A DNA stretch of 32,000 nt from Nitrosarchaeum sp. (GCA_003569705.1 BGOU01000010.1:173694-205693), one strand, 5' to 3'; shown: positions 8,847 through 17,345, counted from the stretch's first letter. Translations and numbers: made by a program. The notes: generated from the sequence alone by a model not told the origin.

Positions 8847-10225
8847 ATGATTTTTCATGGAAAGACTCAAAATCAAACAGGCTCAAAGCATTACAGAGAT
8901 CGTTTGAAAAAGAAGAGTTTTGTTTGGCATCCAAATACGCAGATGCGTGAATGGAATTCATTTAATGAAATTATCAAGGCCAAAGGAATGTGGCTCACAG
9001 ATTCTAATGGGAATAGTCTTTTGGACGGAGTTGCATCAATGTGGTGTAATGTATGGGGTCATTCCAAGCCTGAATTAGTTAATGCAATTACAAAACAAAG
9101 CAAGAAACTCCAACATTCACCCATGTTTAATTTAACAAATGAGCCAGCTGAAAAACTGGCAGAGAGTTTGGTGAAAATCTCACCTGGAATGCACAGAGTG
9201 TTTTATTCCGATAATGGGTCTTCTGCAATGGAAATTGCATTCAAGATGGCATTGCAATATTGGAGTAACATTGGTGAGAAAAAGAAAACAAAGATTGCAA
9301 CGTTAGAAAACGGGTATCATGGAGATACATTTGGTGCAATGGCTGTAGGCTACGTTCCAGAATTTTTTGGTAAATTCAAAAAACAGTTATTTCCAACAAT
9401 ACAGATTCCAGTACCAAACAAGTATAGAATTCCAAATGGATATAGTTATTTGGATTATCAGAGTTTTTGCATAGATAATATTGAAAAACAATTTTCCAAA
9501 GACGATAAAATTGCGGCATTTGTCATGGAGAGTGGTGCACAAGTTGCAGGTGGAGTCATAATATTTCCAAAAGAATTTCAAAGAAAAATAAGTAAATTAT
9601 GTAAAAAATATAATGTGCTACTAGTATTAGATGAGATAGCAACAGGGTTTGGACGTTTAGGTTCAATGATACAGTATACAGAACAAAAAAGTATTCCAGA
9701 TATTGTAGCATATGGAAAAATGTTAACTGGTGGATATCTTACAATGGCTGCAACATTGGCAAACAAAAAAATCTATGACTCATTTCTAGGTGAATTTAAT
9801 GATTGGAAGCATCTCTTTCATGGGCATACATTTACGGGTAATCCATTATCTGCTGCAGTTGCAAATGAAAATCTAAAATTATATCAAAAAAATAATCTGA
9901 TCAAAAAAATTCAAAATACATCAAAAGTTTTTGAAGAATATTATGATAAAATATCAAAAATAGAAATAGTTGGAGACATTAGACATAAGGGAATGCTTAT
10001 GGGAATAGAACTAGTTAAAGATAAAAAAGCAAGGCACCAATTAATCCTAAAAAATCAATAAACAAAATTTTCTTTGAAGAAGGAAAAAAACATGGAATTT
10101 ACCTTCGTACATTAGGAAATATTGTCATGCTTGTACCACCATTGGCAATATCTGAAAAAGAATTAGATTTACTACTAAATAGAACAATAGATACCATCAA
10201 ATCAGCACAAAATCAAGTAGTATAG
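8847..10225 (+). pseudogene. bioA: Adenosylmethionine-8-amino-7-oxononanoate aminotransferase (BioA), reading frame broken at an A6 run
   Basis: Class-III aminotransferase signature (WHP.TQM, YHGDT.GAM, DEIATGFGRLG). The annotated frame ends at 10061 with an unrelated tail (ARHQLILKNQ*). The conserved BioA C-terminus (..KAPINPKKSINKIFFEEGKKHGIYLRTLGNIVMLVPPLAISEKELD..) continues in another frame as far as 10225. One extra A in the run at 10023-10028 would restore a single ORF. Confidence 0.85.
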
Positions 10226-10364
10226 TTAATCAATTATTAATCATATTTGATTATCAATTTCTGAATCAATTTTACAGGATATGGTATACAGTATTTTTCA
10301 AAGTATGAATCATTACGCACAAAAAGATGATTTTCATTTCACTAATCTTTTTTAATGTAATTTC

Positions 10365-11357
10365 ATGCAAACTATCATGAGTGACATGTTGGAATTTATT
10401 AAAGAATGTCAAGAAAAAGTATTTTCTGGAATTGGAATATCAAGTGATGATGCTGAAAAACTGTTTAACATATCAGATGAAAATATCAAAGAATTGGCAA
10501 TGGCTGCAAATCAGATCACAAGAGATTTCAATGGAAATAAAGTAGATGTGGAACAGTTAAACAATATTAAAAAGAATGCATGCAGTGAAGATTGTTCATT
10601 TTGTGGTCAATCTGCATTTTTTGACACTGGAATTGAAACATATCAATTACCAACAGCAGAAGAAGTTGTGATTAAAGCAAGTAAAGCAAAAAATGAAGGG
10701 GCAGAGTCATATTGTCTTGTTGCAGCATGGAGAGAACCATCTCCAAGAGACTTTGATAAAGTTTGCAACATCATCAGAGAAATTAACAATAAAGTTGGAA
10801 TCAATGTAGAATGCAGTCTAGGATTTCTTACACCAGAGCAAGCAAAAAAACTCAAAGAACTCAATGTGAAAAGATATAATCATAATTTGGAAACTTCAAA
10901 ATCAAAATTTTCAGAGATTTGTACTACACATACCTATGACGACAGACTAAAAACATTACAGATTGCACGCGATGCGGGATTAGAATTGTGTACTGGTGGA
11001 ATTATTGGGTTGGGAGAAACAAGAAAACAAAGAATGGAACTAGCATTAGAATTAGCGGCGCTTTATCCTGAAGAAGTCACCATAAACATACTTGTTCCGA
11101 TCCCAGGAACCCCATTGGAATTGCAAATAAAATTACCAAACTCGGAGATTGTGAGAATGTTTTCAGTGATCAGATTTCTCTTACCAGAATCTGTGATAAA
11201 AATTTCTGGTGGGAGAGAAACAAACCTTGATGATTCAGGCGAGGAGTTATTGCAGAGTGGGGCAAACGGTATAATCACATCAGGTTATCTTACAATGAGC
11301 GGAAACGACTCTGAGAAAGATTTCAAAATGATAAAGAAGATGGGATTAGAAGCCTAA
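10365..11357 (+). CDS. bioB: Biotin synthase (radical SAM)
   Basis: CSEDCSFCGQS is the CxxxCxxC radical-SAM cluster motif. BioB-type downstream motifs are present (YNHNLETS, GGIIGLGE). 330 aa. Confidence 0.92.
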   Translation: MQTIMSDMLEFIKECQEKVFSGIGISSDDAEKLFNISDENIKELAMAANQITRDFNGNKVDVEQLNNIKKNACSEDCSFCGQSAFFDTGIETYQLPTAEEVVIKASKAKNEGAESYCLVAAWREPSPRDFDKVCNIIREINNKVGINVECSLGFLTPEQAKKLKELNVKRYNHNLETSKSKFSEICTTHTYDDRLKTLQIARDAGLELCTGGIIGLGETRKQRMELALELAALYPEEVTINILVPIPGTPLELQIKLPNSEIVRMFSVIRFLLPESVIKISGGRETNLDDSGEELLQSGANGIITSGYLTMSGNDSEKDFKMIKKMGLEA

Positions 11358-11418
11358 AACAACAATAATTTTCATATTAGATATACTATATGAAAAGCAT
11401 AATTCAATCAGATGTAAA

Positions 11419-11543
11419 ATTTTATGAAAAAAGTAATGTCTTATGTCCCATGATTGGGAAATTTTATGAAAAAAGTAATGTCTTATGTCCCATGATTGGG
11501 AAATTTTATGAAAAAAGTAACATCATACTCCCATGATTGGGAA
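11419..11543. repeat. Intergenic 42-nt tandem repeat, 3 copies (two identical, the third diverged)
   Basis: attttatgaaaaaagtaatgtcttatgtcccatgattgggaa occupies 11419-11460 and 11461-11502. The third copy (11503-11543) has substitutions and a 1-nt deletion. Each unit contains the small inverted repeat CCCA-tgat-TGGG. Confidence 0.9.
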
Positions 11544-11584
11544 ATGAGAGATTTCTTAATTAGTAACAAAATAATTTTATCAAT

Positions 11585-11746
11585 ATGAAAAATAATCAAC
11601 ACGCTAAATTGATGACAGAAATTTTAAATCACTTGTGTAATTATGGATCACTCTTTGACAAGTATGTTCCAAAAAAGAACACACATGTATTAGAAAAGTC
11701 CATTGTACCTTTAACTAATTTTATTATTGGAGTTAATAAGAAATGA
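11585..11746 (+). CDS. Small hypothetical ORF (53 aa)
   Basis: ATG ORF between the 42-nt repeat and the TrmB-like gene. It ends in the overlapping start/stop string ATGAATGA (11743-11750). No recognisable domain. Confidence 0.3.
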   Translation: MKNNQHAKLMTEILNHLCNYGSLFDKYVPKKNTHVLEKSIVPLTNFIIGVNKK

Positions 11747-11867
11747 ATGAAACCAAATCACATTATTTGATAATGATTCAGATACCGAATTATACAAACA
11801 CAAGTTAACTCTTGAAAGAATTAAAAATGAATTAATTAATTTTGGATTAACATCCAACCAAAGTAAG

Positions 11868-12587
11868 GTGTTTATCTATCTAGGCAAATATGGTTCAAAG
11901 ACGGCTTCAGAGATATCAAAAGCACTTCAATTACCTAGAACTGAAACATATCATCTTGTAAATTCACTGCAGAATCTGGGTTTAGTAACTGCCGAACTGG
12001 CTCACCCTACAAAATATTCTGCAATGGAGATGAAGCAAGCCATTGAAACCCTAGTAAAACAAGAACAACAAAGAATCAATAATTTGGCAGGCAAAGAAGC
12101 GTCTCTTTCAGAGATGTGGAAAGAGATTCCATTTTTTGTAGTAGAGACTGACGAATCAAAATCTGAAAAAATGCAATTACTACATGGCATGGGTCCAATA
12201 ACTAACAAAATCAAAGAAATGACGGATAGTAGTATAGAATCTTTCAAAATATATGGAAGCATCACAGATGTATTACGCTTTTACCATTCTGATGTGTTTG
12301 ATTGGATTGAGGAATCATCATCTGATCTTCAAATGGTCATCTCTCCAATAGGCAAAACTCCTGAATTTATCTCCGAATTAGATCAGAAAAAAATTAGGAC
12401 AGTCACATCTAATTCGGACAACAAATGCTTTGTGATTAATGATGCAAAAGAAGTTCTCATCTTTATGAGAAATGCAACTCATCCTACACGACAAACTTTT
12501 GCATGGTGGTCTGATTCTGAAACTCTTGTAGATATGATGACTTCATTATTTGATCTATCTTGGGAAAGAGGAGAGACACTGTATTGA
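11868..12587 (+). CDS. TrmB-like winged-HTH transcriptional regulator
   Basis: KVFIYLGKYGSKTASEISKALQLPRTETYHLVNSLQNLGLVTAE matches the TrmB-type wHTH. It is followed by a TrmB-like C-terminal domain. The frame is open from 11751, and the upstream codons (..LERIKNELINFGLTSNQS) encode the usual first helix of this HTH. GTG at 11868 is the first canonical start, so the 5' end is uncertain. Confidence 0.75.
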   Translation: MFIYLGKYGSKTASEISKALQLPRTETYHLVNSLQNLGLVTAELAHPTKYSAMEMKQAIETLVKQEQQRINNLAGKEASLSEMWKEIPFFVVETDESKSEKMQLLHGMGPITNKIKEMTDSSIESFKIYGSITDVLRFYHSDVFDWIEESSSDLQMVISPIGKTPEFISELDQKKIRTVTSNSDNKCFVINDAKEVLIFMRNATHPTRQTFAWWSDSETLVDMMTSLFDLSWERGETLY

Positions 12588-12598
12588 ATGATACAATC

Positions 12599-12760
12599 AT
12601 GACGCTTTACAGTTTAGAACAAGAAGTAGGCCATGTTGCAAAAAATTCCCATGATCAAGGACGTGAATATCTCAATGATCTTGAAATTAAATACTTGCTA
12701 AAAATGACAAAACACGTTGTCATGAAGATAATGAATCAAGTAATGGAGAGGATAGAATGA
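12599..12760 (+). CDS. Small hypothetical ORF (53 aa), first of three coupled ORFs
   Basis: ATG at 12599 lies within the ORF-track entry 12560-12760. Its TGA overlaps the next ATG (ATGA at 12757-12760). Confidence 0.35.
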   Translation: MTLYSLEQEVGHVAKNSHDQGREYLNDLEIKYLLKMTKHVVMKIMNQVMERIE

Positions 12761-12861
12761 CTTGTAATTATCAAATAGACTCTGAAATGAATAGTCTGTT
12801 ACAATTAACAAATATTTTTCTATTAAAGGTAAAACAACAAACAAAGGAGATAGTACAATGA
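12757..12861 (+). CDS. Small hypothetical ORF (34 aa), second of three coupled ORFs
   Basis: MTCNYQIDSEMNSLLQLTNIFLLKVKQQTKEIVQ*. Both ends overlap neighbouring ORFs through ATGA. Confidence 0.3.
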   Translation: MTCNYQIDSEMNSLLQLTNIFLLKVKQQTKEIVQ

Positions 12862-13043
12862 ACGTCTGTGAAGACAGACACACTCCAAAGTATGAGATAA
12901 CCTACAAGGGAATTAAGGGAAGTCGCTATAATCATGTATGGCTTGTATGTTCAACTTGTTTTGAAAATAAAAAATGCTTTGGAGATAAAGAGCAAATTGT
13001 AAATATGGTTAAAATAAATGATCTATCTTTAATTAATTTTTAA
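12858..13043 (+). CDS. Small Cys-containing hypothetical ORF (61 aa), third of three coupled ORFs
   Basis: ATG preceded by aaaggaga. The protein contains C..H...CSTC...C. The opposite-strand ORF at 12698-12883 is judged to be a shadow ORF. Confidence 0.4.
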   Translation: MNVCEDRHTPKYEITYKGIKGSRYNHVWLVCSTCFENKKCFGDKEQIVNMVKINDLSLINF

Positions 13044-13093
13044 CAATTATAAAATAATTATCATGTAAAATTTTGTTACAATGTAATTTGAAT

Positions 13094-13444
13094 TTACGGT
13101 TCAAATACTTTAATCTGAGGTTTTTTCTTTCTTTGAAATTTTAATTTCTTTATAGATAAATCCAAATCCACGATGTTTCTTTGATCTTCCAACATCCTTT
13201 CTACATTTGTATTTGAATCTAGAGCATTGTGCGGGTTATTTTTTCTTTGAAATTTTAATTTCTTTATAGATAAATCCAAATCCACGATGTTTCTTTGATC
13301 TTCCAACATCCTTTCTACATTTGTATTTGAATCTAGAGCATTGTGCGGGTTATTTTTTCTTTGAAATTTTAATTTCTTTATAGATAAATCCAAATCCACG
13401 ATGTTTCTTTGATCTTCCAACATCCTTTCTACGCTGTTATCCAA
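13094..13444 (-). CDS. Hypothetical charged repeat protein (116 aa) made almost entirely of a 38-aa unit repeated about 2.7 times
   Basis: This is the only open frame across the 114-nt tandem repeat. The unit is VERMLEDQRNIVDLDLSIKKLKFQRKNNPHNALDSNTN. The start is TTG, although each unit also carries an in-frame ATG. Coding status is unproven. Confidence 0.45.
   Translation of the reverse strand: MDNSVERMLEDQRNIVDLDLSIKKLKFQRKNNPHNALDSNTNVERMLEDQRNIVDLDLSIKKLKFQRKNNPHNALDSNTNVERMLEDQRNIVDLDLSIKKLKFQRKKKPQIKVFEP
13128..13432. repeat. Perfect 114-nt tandem repeat, about 2.7 copies
   Basis: Unit starts at 13131, 13245 and 13359 are exactly 114 nt apart. I see no mismatch across the shared length. 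The third copy ends at 13432. Confidence 0.95.
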
Positions 13445-13583
13445 ATCTGTTATGTTAGATGTTATGAAGATTTAAGATTTGCCGTAAAGACTGAGCCTTG
13501 TTATTTACTCATGTTTCTTGCAAGTATTACAATATCAATGTAAAATATAAGACATTAATTAAAAATAAGAAAAGAATTTACAC

Positions 13584-14741
13584 ATGACTAATTTCAATTC
13601 AAAACAGGTTGTCTTGAATCATAAATTAAGATTTGTTGATTTGGAATTAGAACAAATAAAACAAAATAATCTTTATAGAAAATTAAGATATGGGAAATCC
13701 AATCAAGCACATATCACAATCAATGGAAAAAAACTACTAAACCTTTGTTCAAATGATTATTTAGGAATGCCTGTCACGAAAATAAAAATAAAACAAATGC
13801 AATCAAGCTCAAGACTGATTTCAGGTAATGATGAATCATATAAAATATTAGAAAACAAACTTGCAAAACATAAATCACAGCAAAGTAGTTTAATTTACCC
13901 TACAGGATATATGGCAAATTTAGGGTCAATTACGACAATTGCAAAAAAAGGAGATTTAATTTTAAGTGATGAATTAAATCATGCAAGTATAATTGAATCA
14001 TGCAAGCTTTCAGAAGCAAAAATCTTAATTTATAAACATAACGATATGGATGATTTAAATAAAAAACTCAAACAAAAAGGCAAAAACAAATTCGTCATTA
14101 CTGAAGGAGTGTTTAGTATGGATGGTGATTTCTCAAAACTAAAAGAAATTACAGAGATTGTAGAAAAATCAAAAGCAATTACAATACTTGATGATGCACA
14201 TGGAGATTTTGTTGTTGGAGTAGATGGAAAAGGCACTCCAAATTACTTTAATGTCACAAAAAAAATTGATTTGTATATTAGTAGTCTTAGTAAAGGCTTA
14301 GGATCATTTGGAGGGTATGTTTCATCGCAGAATAATGTGATAGACTTGTGTATAAACAAATCAAAATCTTTTATCTACACTTCAGCACTTCCATCATTTT
14401 TAGTTGAATATTCATTGAAACGATTTGAATCAAATAGAGAAAAACAACGAAAAAAATTAGAAAATAATACAAACACATTATCTAAAGGATTAAGACAAAT
14501 AGGATATCAAATTGATTCAAAAACACATATCATTCCAATTGTAGTTGGTAAAGAAAAAACAGCAATGAGTTTTGGGAAATTTCTCTTTGAAAGAGGCATA
14601 TTTGTACAACCCATCAGATATCCAACTGTTCCTAAAAACAAAGCAAGATTAAGAATATCAGTTACTGCATGGCTATCAAGAAAAGACATAATAGATACGC
14701 TGGCTATTTTTGAGCAAGCTGCTAAAAAATTCAAAATATAG
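13584..14741 (+). CDS. bioF: 8-amino-7-oxononanoate synthase (KAPA synthase)
   Basis: PLP-dependent alpha-oxoamine synthase pattern: SNDYLG, DELNHASII, DDAHG, and SLSKGLGSFGGY with the PLP lysine. 385 aa. Confidence 0.9.
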   Translation: MTNFNSKQVVLNHKLRFVDLELEQIKQNNLYRKLRYGKSNQAHITINGKKLLNLCSNDYLGMPVTKIKIKQMQSSSRLISGNDESYKILENKLAKHKSQQSSLIYPTGYMANLGSITTIAKKGDLILSDELNHASIIESCKLSEAKILIYKHNDMDDLNKKLKQKGKNKFVITEGVFSMDGDFSKLKEITEIVEKSKAITILDDAHGDFVVGVDGKGTPNYFNVTKKIDLYISSLSKGLGSFGGYVSSQNNVIDLCINKSKSFIYTSALPSFLVEYSLKRFESNREKQRKKLENNTNTLSKGLRQIGYQIDSKTHIIPIVVGKEKTAMSFGKFLFERGIFVQPIRYPTVPKNKARLRISVTAWLSRKDIIDTLAIFEQAAKKFKI

Positions 14742-14813
14742 ATTCAATTTTAAACGTACAAAATGTTATATCATGACGCCTAACAAATTCAAAAAGAGGC
14801 AATAATAGTCAAG

Positions 14814-16535
14814 TTGAAAACAGCAGAGGAATCAAACAGATTCAACACAATCAACAAAATTACATTTATTTCTATAATTTCTATTCTTGTGATATTATAC
14901 ATAATAAATCACATAACAAGTATGAATTATTTTTCAGATTATATTTCATTACCCATGTACACCATAATCCCAGGTATACTCATAATTTTATCAATGTGGG
15001 CACTAACAAGAACAGATAAAATAGAAACTATTTCAAAAAATTCTCTTTTATTTTTATCTGTTTCTTTTATTTCATGGTTTGCAGCTGAGATAACTTGGAA
15101 TTTATTTAAACATGTTTTAGAAATTGATCCATATCCATCTATTGCAGATTTTTTCTATATTGCAGCACCAATTTTTATGTGTATTTCTTTGATTATATTT
15201 TTACAACCACTACAAAATAAAATTAAGAAAACATATGTGATTTTCGCTAGTCTGATATCTATACTAATTTTAATTCCAATACTGATCGTCACATTTGAAG
15301 CAAATTCGAAAGTAACAGTGTTAGAAATAGCAATTGCGATTATTTATCCAATAGTAGATGCAGTATTATTAGTTCCCGCGATAATTGCAATTTTTGTTTC
15401 ACTCAAAATAAAGAAAAATTTATTTTGGATAATGATCTTGATTGGAATTATAATTTTTATTATCGGGGATGATCTATTTTTATTTCTAGTAATTAATGAT
15501 CTGTACTATGACGGCAATCCAGTGGATATTTTATGGTTAACCAGTTATGTGATATGGTCTTTTTCAATATACAATTTAATTTATAGTTCTAAAAAAACTA
15601 AATACAATACAAAACAAAACAATGATAAAAAAGATCAAACAGCAAAATTAGAAAAATATGGAATAAACATTGTGCTAGGTTTCATCGTATCTACAACAAT
15701 TATCATTATTATTGCATTGAACTATTTTTGGAATTTGAATACAGATAGTAATTTTATGTTATTTTTTTCATTAATTTTACTGACATTACTTGTGGTTTTT
15801 TCCAGCATCATAGTATTACTAAACAATGCTGTTGAGATCAAATCCATAAAAATCAAAGAATTATCAGATGAATTGATCAAAACAGAAAGATTATCAGCCA
15901 TTGGTGAGCTTGCTGCAAGATTATCTCATGATTTACGAAATCCGTTAAGCGTAATCAAAAGTTCAGTAGATATTACAATGTTGCGAAATAATGATAAATT
16001 TTCAACACAAGATAAGGAAGTCATGCAACGAATTAACAAAGCAATAATACGGATGACTAATCAAATTGAGGATGTTCTTAATTATGTCAAACAAACACCA
16101 ATTGAAAAAAATAAAGTAACATTATCCACATGCATTAAAAATGTGGTTGGATGGATTTCAATACCAACAAGAATCGAGATCACAGTAAAAGAAAATGATG
16201 CAACTATTTTTGCTGATGAAGGTAAATTAGAAATAGTTTTCTCAAACATAATAAGAAATGCGATTGAAGCAATAGGTGATAATTCAGGTAGCATAGAGAT
16301 AAAGATTCAAGATATCGGAGAACAAGTAATTATAGAAATAATAGATTCAGGGGAAGGAATCAAAGAAGATGACATGAATATGATTTTTGAACCACTATAC
16401 ACAACAAAACAAATTGGAACAGGATTAGGATTAGTAAGCTGTAAAAACATCATAGAACAACATGATGGGAAAATAACAGTGAAAAATAATCCAACTACAT
16501 TTACAATAATATTACCAAAAAAAGCTACTCATTAA
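14814..16535 (+). CDS. Sensor histidine kinase with a large polytopic membrane N-terminal domain
   Basis: About 330 aa of repeated hydrophobic helices, then the H-box RLSAIGELAARLSHDLRNPL. N, G1 and G2 boxes are present (NIIRNAIEA, DSGEGI, GTGLGL). TTG start at 14814. Confidence 0.9.
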   Translation: MKTAEESNRFNTINKITFISIISILVILYIINHITSMNYFSDYISLPMYTIIPGILIILSMWALTRTDKIETISKNSLLFLSVSFISWFAAEITWNLFKHVLEIDPYPSIADFFYIAAPIFMCISLIIFLQPLQNKIKKTYVIFASLISILILIPILIVTFEANSKVTVLEIAIAIIYPIVDAVLLVPAIIAIFVSLKIKKNLFWIMILIGIIIFIIGDDLFLFLVINDLYYDGNPVDILWLTSYVIWSFSIYNLIYSSKKTKYNTKQNNDKKDQTAKLEKYGINIVLGFIVSTTIIIIIALNYFWNLNTDSNFMLFFSLILLTLLVVFSSIIVLLNNAVEIKSIKIKELSDELIKTERLSAIGELAARLSHDLRNPLSVIKSSVDITMLRNNDKFSTQDKEVMQRINKAIIRMTNQIEDVLNYVKQTPIEKNKVTLSTCIKNVVGWISIPTRIEITVKENDATIFADEGKLEIVFSNIIRNAIEAIGDNSGSIEIKIQDIGEQVIIEIIDSGEGIKEDDMNMIFEPLYTTKQIGTGLGLVSCKNIIEQHDGKITVKNNPTTFTIILPKKATH

Positions 16536-16875
16536 TCATTTTAACTAGATTTTCAACATTAATTGGTTTAAGAAGAATTAGGTCATGTTTCATTTTTTTT
16601 AGTTTTGTACGTGTTTCCTCAGTTTGATCAGCAGTGATTATTATTATTTTGGCATTTGGATCAATATTTTTGATGTTTTGTAATCCATAAAATCCATCAT
16701 ATCGTGGCATCATCATATCCATCAATACTACATCGGGTAGGTATTTAGAAAATTTCTGCACTGCATCATATCCATCTATTGCCTTTGCAACAACCTCAAT
16801 CCCTTTGAATTCAAGAATATCAGATAGAGCGTCACGACTATCTTCATCATCATCAACTACAATTACCCGTTTCAA
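16525..16875 (-). CDS. Single-domain CheY-like response regulator
   Basis: RVIVVDDDEDSRDAL...DVVLMDMMMPRYDG...IIIITAD...LLKP. 116 aa, receiver domain only. Convergent with the kinase and overlapping it by 11 nt. Confidence 0.9.
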   Translation of the reverse strand: MKRVIVVDDDEDSRDALSDILEFKGIEVVAKAIDGYDAVQKFSKYLPDVVLMDMMMPRYDGFYGLQNIKNIDPNAKIIIITADQTEETRTKLKKMKHDLILLKPINVENLVKMINE

Positions 16876-16957
16876 TAAGAAAATTGTTTATGCACATCAA
16901 TAATAATTTAAGGTGTCAATTTTTGATTTCAATATTAAAATTGGTAAAAAAGTGTTA

Positions 16958-17062
16958 TTACCTGAATTTATCAAAGCCACCAATAGCTGGGGATCCAATT
17001 AAAACAGCAAGTGTAACAATGATGCCTAAAACAATAATCACAATAACAAATCGCTTATTCAT
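16958..17062 (-). CDS. Possible small single-pass membrane ORF (34 aa)
   Basis: MNKRFVIVIIVLGIIVTLAVLIGSPAIGGFDKFR*: ATG start, basic N-terminus, then one hydrophobic helix. It competes with the + strand ORF at 16884-17069, which looks less protein-like. Confidence 0.3.
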   Translation of the reverse strand: MNKRFVIVIIVLGIIVTLAVLIGSPAIGGFDKFR

Positions 17063-17345
17063 ACCATAAATGATTCCATCCTAGATAAAAACAAATGTCC
17101 TTGCATTAAGATTCTAAAAATGGTGTTAATTTAGAAACCAAGGTATGGAATCAGACAGCATAGTAACCAATAAAAAATATTCATCTCACATACTGAAAAT
17201 CATTATCAACGATCATTGATTTCAGACACTTGTGTTTACCTTCGATTGACATGTAACTAACCCCCTGTGTTACTGTGGTTACACATACATTAGTGACAAA
17301 TTCATTTAAAACAAAATTTCACATCACTAATGAGGAAATAAAGAT

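Noticed and set aside
10238-10253. Palindrome TAATCA-tatt-TGATTA and repeated aatcaatt strings upstream of bioB as a possible biotin operator
   Set aside because: It is short and purely A/T-rich. Such dyads are expected by chance in this composition, and no second supporting copy occurs at the other bio genes.
12698-12883. 61-aa - strand ORF
   Set aside because: It conflicts with the + strand chain of three ATGA-coupled ORFs. Its sequence is hydrophobic and low-complexity, and it lacks a good start context.
11419-13432. Tandem repeats as a possible CRISPR array
   Set aside because: The units are directly abutting (42 nt and 114 nt) with no unique spacers. There are no cas genes, so these are ordinary tandem repeats.
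16884-17069. 61-aa + strand ORF
   Set aside because: It starts with a non-ATG codon and its sequence is not protein-like. The opposite strand holds a more plausible 34-aa ATG-initiated TM ORF, itself only low confidence.
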